64,000 nt of DNA from the human T2T-CHM13v2.0 reference genome, Homo sapiens. A program made the translations under genes and the position numbers. The stretch lies in NCBI RefSeq assembly GCF_009914755.1, contig NC_060934.1. The stretch is one strand, 5' to 3'. This document shows, one piece after another, positions 57,446 to 64,000 of the stretch. Positions within the stretch are counted from its first letter, which is position 1. Each line of letters opens with the position of its first letter. Below the pieces are notes generated by a model. It searched no databases and was not told the DNA's origin. It saw only the letters and a list, made by a program, of their open reading frames with translations.

Positions 57446-57865
<420 letters not shown>

Positions 57866-58553
57866 TGATGTTCCCAGTGACCCTTGGGATGATGCTGGGC
57901 CCGGACCTGGGGAGGGCAGGGAGAAGGGGGGTGGGCGTTCCCACGGATGGGCCCCCCTGTCCTGCATGAGACATTGGGCGCAGAGGTGGGAAAGGGCCTC
58001 AGCTCTCACGCTGGTTCTCAGCAGAGTGGAGCTGAGTTTCTGGTGGCCCCACAGAGGTGTCCTGGCTCAGAACCCGCAGGCCATCTAGGGGTCCTGGCTG
58101 CCGCTGCAAGTCTGAGCTGCCTCAGCTGTGATCTCTGCATGTCTAACATGGATCGGGGTTGGGTAGAGGTCACTTCTTCCCAGCCCTGCCTCAACTGTGT
58201 GTGAGCTGCACTGGCCTCACAGCTCCTGGCCTTGTTGTGCATATGAGGAGCAGCTGAAATGAGGTGGATAGTCTGCCTGCTGCGGTACCCCAGAGAGGGT
58301 GGTGCTCAGTGGACCAAGGGGTGCCCTGACCTCGCCTCTGGGATTGCAGAGGGTGTTGCTGTCATGGCCCCGGACAGGCAGAGGCTGTGAAATACGTGAG
58401 CACCTGCAGCAGGTGACCCTGACCCTGACCTTGGTGATGCGGCCAAGGACGTCTGCTCTGCTCTGGGTGCCGGGTGGAAGGGCCTGTGGCTGCAAGTTCC
58501 TGCCTGTGCTTGGTAGACCCTCTGCCTAGATGCAGGTGATGGCTCCTGGCTGA

Positions 58554-59000
<447 letters not shown>

Positions 59001-59220
59001 TAAAGGTGCCTCTGGCCAGTAGGTGTGGGTGCTTTTGATGTTTGCTTCTGTTGGTTGAAAGAAGCGCAGGGAAGAGACTGGGTGTAGAGTGATGTACCCC
59101 AAGGCTGCAGCTAAGATCAAATTCTTCTGGAGAGCTGTGTGAGCTGGATGCTGATGCAGAGGAGGGTGGGGGAGCTGGTGAGACCAAGGCTGGGCTCTGT
59201 GCCCATCCCACTGGGTGTGA

Positions 59221-59634
<414 letters not shown>

Positions 59635-59641
59635 TGAGTGA

Positions 59642-60469
<828 letters not shown>

Positions 60470-60747
60470 TGATCATGCTGTTTTATTACGTACAGTCATG
60501 CGCACTTGCTTTCCAGAACAGCATCAAACTATCGGGAGCTGTTCTCTTCCCTGAATGCAGAACTTCCACAGTGGATTGGGTGAGGTTCCTGTTGGTATAG
60601 TAAGTGCTACCGGACAAAGTACTTTGGTTCCGTGCACCTGGGGAGCTGGTCAGCTTCCTGTCGCAGGTTGGCCCTGGGGCAGCCCCACCTGGGCTCATTT
60701 TCCGCCGTAACCAGCTCAAGTGCGCTTGAAGTTTCCATCCGAAATTC

Positions 60748-60806
60748 ATATATATATATATATATATTTATATATTTTTAAAAATATTTTATATTTATTT
60801 AAATAT

Positions 60807-60841
<35 letters not shown>

Positions 60842-60845
60842 TTTT
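60748..60845. repeat. (TA)n/(TTTA)n simple repeat (Alu tail)
   Basis: Direct observation. Confidence 0.85.
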
Positions 60846-61322
60846 GAGACGGTCTCACTGTGTTGCCCAGGCTGGAGTGCAGTGGCCCCATCACCGGTCA
60901 CCGCAGTCTTGACCTCCTGTAGTCCAGGGATCCTTCAGCCTCAGCCTCCCAAGCTGCTGGGACTACAGAAGTGAGGCACTGCCGCTGGCTTCAGATTCTT
61001 AATTTTGATCCATATTTTGGTGTACTGGAGAACTTTTTGCAGACTTTTTTTTTTTTGACAAGATCTTGGTCAGGCTAGAGTGCAATGGTGCAATCTTGAC
61101 TCAGTGCAACCTCTGCTTCCTGGGCTCAAACCATCCTCCTGCCTCAGCCTCCCAAGTAGCTGGGACTACGGGCATGTGCCACCATGTCTGGCTAACGTTT
61201 ATTTTTGTAGAGATGGAGTTTCACCATGTTGCCCAGGCCGGTCTCAAACTCCTGGACTCAAGCGATCCACCTGCCTCAGCCTCCCAAAGTGTTGGGATTA
61301 CAGGTGTGAGCCACCGCACCTG
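60846..61322 (-). mobile_element. Alu monomer (60846-60990) and a degenerate AluJ (61045-61322)
   Basis: Alu arm motifs on the minus strand. Confidence 0.8.
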
Positions 61323-61492
61323 ACCATTTTGCAGACTATTTTTGAGATGGTGGATGAGCTTTATTATTATTATTATTATTATTCACACATACCTGAGCGT
61401 CTTTGTGTTCTGATCTTGTCCAGGTGTGGTCATTCTTGGGTGATGGAATTTTGTCATTTTGGGGGATGGGTTCTCTGGAGAAGCCTGTGAGT

Positions 61493-61607
61493 GGGTCACG
61501 GGCTGCCCACCTGACCTGCGGCCTCCTGAGCGGGTCACGGGCTGCCCATCTGACCTGCGGTCTCCTGAGAGGGTCACGGGCTGCCCATGTGACCTGTGGT
61601 CTCCCAG
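61493..61607. repeat. 39-bp tandem repeat, 3 copies
   Basis: gggtcacgggctgcccacctgacctgcggcctcctgagc at 61493, 61532 and 61571. Confidence 0.88.
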
Positions 61608-63531
61608 GGTATTTTCAGGCAACCCTGGGGGAGAGGCTGGATGCTGGCAGAGTCTCTGGCAGCTTATCCAAGTGTGGGCTCTTCTCATTGATTTTGGTTT
61701 ATATTTTACTTTAGGAACGCTTTCTTCAGCGATATCTTGGATTATTACGTTTATTTCAATTACTGTGTTCTTTGTATGCAATGCTGGAGTCTCGTGAGTT
61801 TGAGCCTTCCCTATGCTTCTGAAATTAATTTTGGCATGACTCTTTCCCCAGGCATTCTTGGGGTGTTTCTCCAGGTGGCACCCACGTCACAATCTGTGTT
61901 TCTGTCGATTCTGCTCTTCAGTCCTTTGGTGTATTATTTCGCCCTCCTCACCTCGTCCATCATCTCATTTTTGTGTCTTTATTCTCAGCAGCTTGTTTTC
62001 TCCTAATGACATGATGCTCTGCTCTCATAAAAGGTCCATCTTTTTCTGGCATCTCAGTGAGAATGACAGGTCATTTTCTAGAACATTCTGCTGGTTTCTG
62101 TGGAAAGCGGCGGATGTTAGCCCTTCCTCTGCATCTTCCATGTGGTCCTTGCTCTCTGGTTTGCAGCATTTTCCTCCGGTGGCTGCTTTATTTGTTTTTC
62201 TGTGAAGCTTCATTCTGGGGACCCCATCTGAGCTGGCATCTACAGGCACCCGGCTGTCAGACCATCTGCTGGAGCCAGCATGTTGGGCACAGCCAGTTCA
62301 ATTCCTGGGGCTGCCTCTTTTTCACCTGGGTCTCAGCTATGCCTCGGTCACTTCTGGCCCCTCCAGGCTCCTCAGGGTCCCTGCCTGACAGGGCTGCATC
62401 CCCCGGGTGGGGCGGGGCACTCGTGGCTCCTGCTGTCCCACGTGTGGGCAGGTGGACAGGCAGGCCGTGGAGCCCTGCTCAGCTCTGGGCCACCCACATG
62501 GCCTGCATTTTGTGCCTATGCTGCTGCTTTGCCCAAGGTCCTGTGCATACGTCCAGGGTACAAACTTTGATTGTTTTGGGAAACCAGATGGGACTGTTCA
62601 TATCTGAGGGGCAGAAGCTATTTTAAAGAAGAATTAGAACAGTAATTTCTAGACATAGGTAGAAGATTTCTTTTGATAGACTTACAAAAATACTATATTG
62701 CTAATATCTTTGAGAGAATGAGATATAAAGTATGTTACATGTTATTAAAATTTGAGTCCAAAAAATTAGAAAGAAAAAACCATCTGTAATCCCAACACCC
62801 AGAGATAAAGCCATCGTGAATGCGTAACATATGTGAAATTAATGCTGAGTAACCAGCCCTGCCACAGGCAGCAGCAGCAAGGTGTGTGGCTCCGACCTCT
62901 GTGGTCATTGCCTTTGGCTGTGCTCAGCTGCTGGTTCTCCGTCCCAGCCGGGCTCCCTTAGTGCCTTCAGTCACTTGATGGTTAGGTGGAGCCTTGCTTC
63001 GGGGCCCTGGCTGAAGGCAGGAGTAGTGGAGGCTCTGTTCTGTCATGATCCAGCCTTGGTTCCAAAAATGATAGCAGTGTCAGCCTAGGAACAGGCACAG
63101 AGTCTCAGACCCTATTCCTTGACCCAAGTCCCAAGCCAGCCGCGATTCAAGGACTGGGGCCCAGACTCAGTGAGAGGGTGTGGAAACAGGCAGGGGATAC
63201 TTATGGACACTTTTGTATTCTATTACAGTGTATTTCTTTCCAGTATTCTTTCTAAGCTTATTTTAATTAGATATGATCCTATCAGATGCAATTCATACCC
63301 AATGTTCTCCAAGTATCCTGGTATAGGTATTTTAAAAGCGTTATTACAGTGCTCCATGGCACAGCTTTAAAGGATTGTCTAACATGCCATTAGGTGACCA
63401 TATTAGTCTTTTGGACTTTACACTGCTCCAAGGGTAACATTGAACATATTTGGGCACTGATCCCTCAGGACCAAAGCTATCTCTGAACATGGGTCTGAGG
63501 TACACACACACACACAGACACACACACACAC

Positions 63532-64000
63532 TTAAATAATTACTGCAGTCAAGCTAATGAACATTCCACCATCTCACAAAGTTACGTTTGGTTTTGTGGT
63601 AAGAGCACCTAAAATCTACTTTCCTAGCAAGCTTCCAGTGTACAATGCAATATTATTAACTACATTCCTCCTGCTGTATGTTGGGTTTCTAGATTTATTC
63701 ATCCTGCACAGTTGTGTACCCTTTGACCTACATCTCCCCATTCCCCCACCACCTGCCCCTGGTAACCACATTCTATTGTTTTTACGTATTTGACTTTTTT
63801 TTTTTTTTTTTTGCTCCCATATCTAAGTGGGATCATGCAGAATTTGTCTTTCCATTCCTGGTTTATTTCATTTAACATAATGTCCTCCAGGTTCATCCAT
63901 GTTGTCACGGATCACATAATTTCCTTCTTATTTGAGGCTGAACAGTATTCCATAGCATCTATGTACCACATTTCTGTTTTCTTTTTTTAAATTGACAATC
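63532..64000 (-). mobile_element. L1MA/MB 3' end, preceded by (CA)n
   Basis: cagtcaagctaatgaacattccacc...ctggtttatttcatttaacataatgtcctccaggttcatccatgttgtc. Confidence 0.8.

Overview
Human (or very close primate) genomic DNA matching the subtelomeric 10q26.3 MTG1-SPRN-SCART1 locus. It is eukaryotic, so most ORFs in the six-frame track are spurious. Left to right: (1) the last seven coding exons of the mitochondrial ribosome-associated GTPase MTG1 (+; 142..21090), with a 16.7-kb intron packed with nested L1, Alu and SVA elements; (2) SPRN (Shadoo, prion family; - strand, CDS 24152..24607) lying tail-to-tail with MTG1; (3) a family-6 olfactory receptor pseudogene (probably OR6L2P; -); (4) a solo LTR13, several VNTRs and orphan CpG islands; (5) the signal-peptide exon and first six SRCR domains of SCART1 (+; 54274..60446, continuing beyond the window). 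I see no novel multi-gene system. The most interesting signals: SCART1 SRCR domain 6 has a frameshifting deletion that is only rescued by retaining a 73-nt intron; a 34-bp duplication makes a second, poison splice donor in MTG1; a 61-bp VNTR multimerises the UPRE motif TGACGTGG; an SVA carries extra 5' sequence inside its TSDs; there is a signal-peptide-like exon divergent from SPRN; and SPRN carries the Met7 allele. Gene names come from recognising the proteins, not from a database search. Repeat boundaries and subfamilies are approximate.
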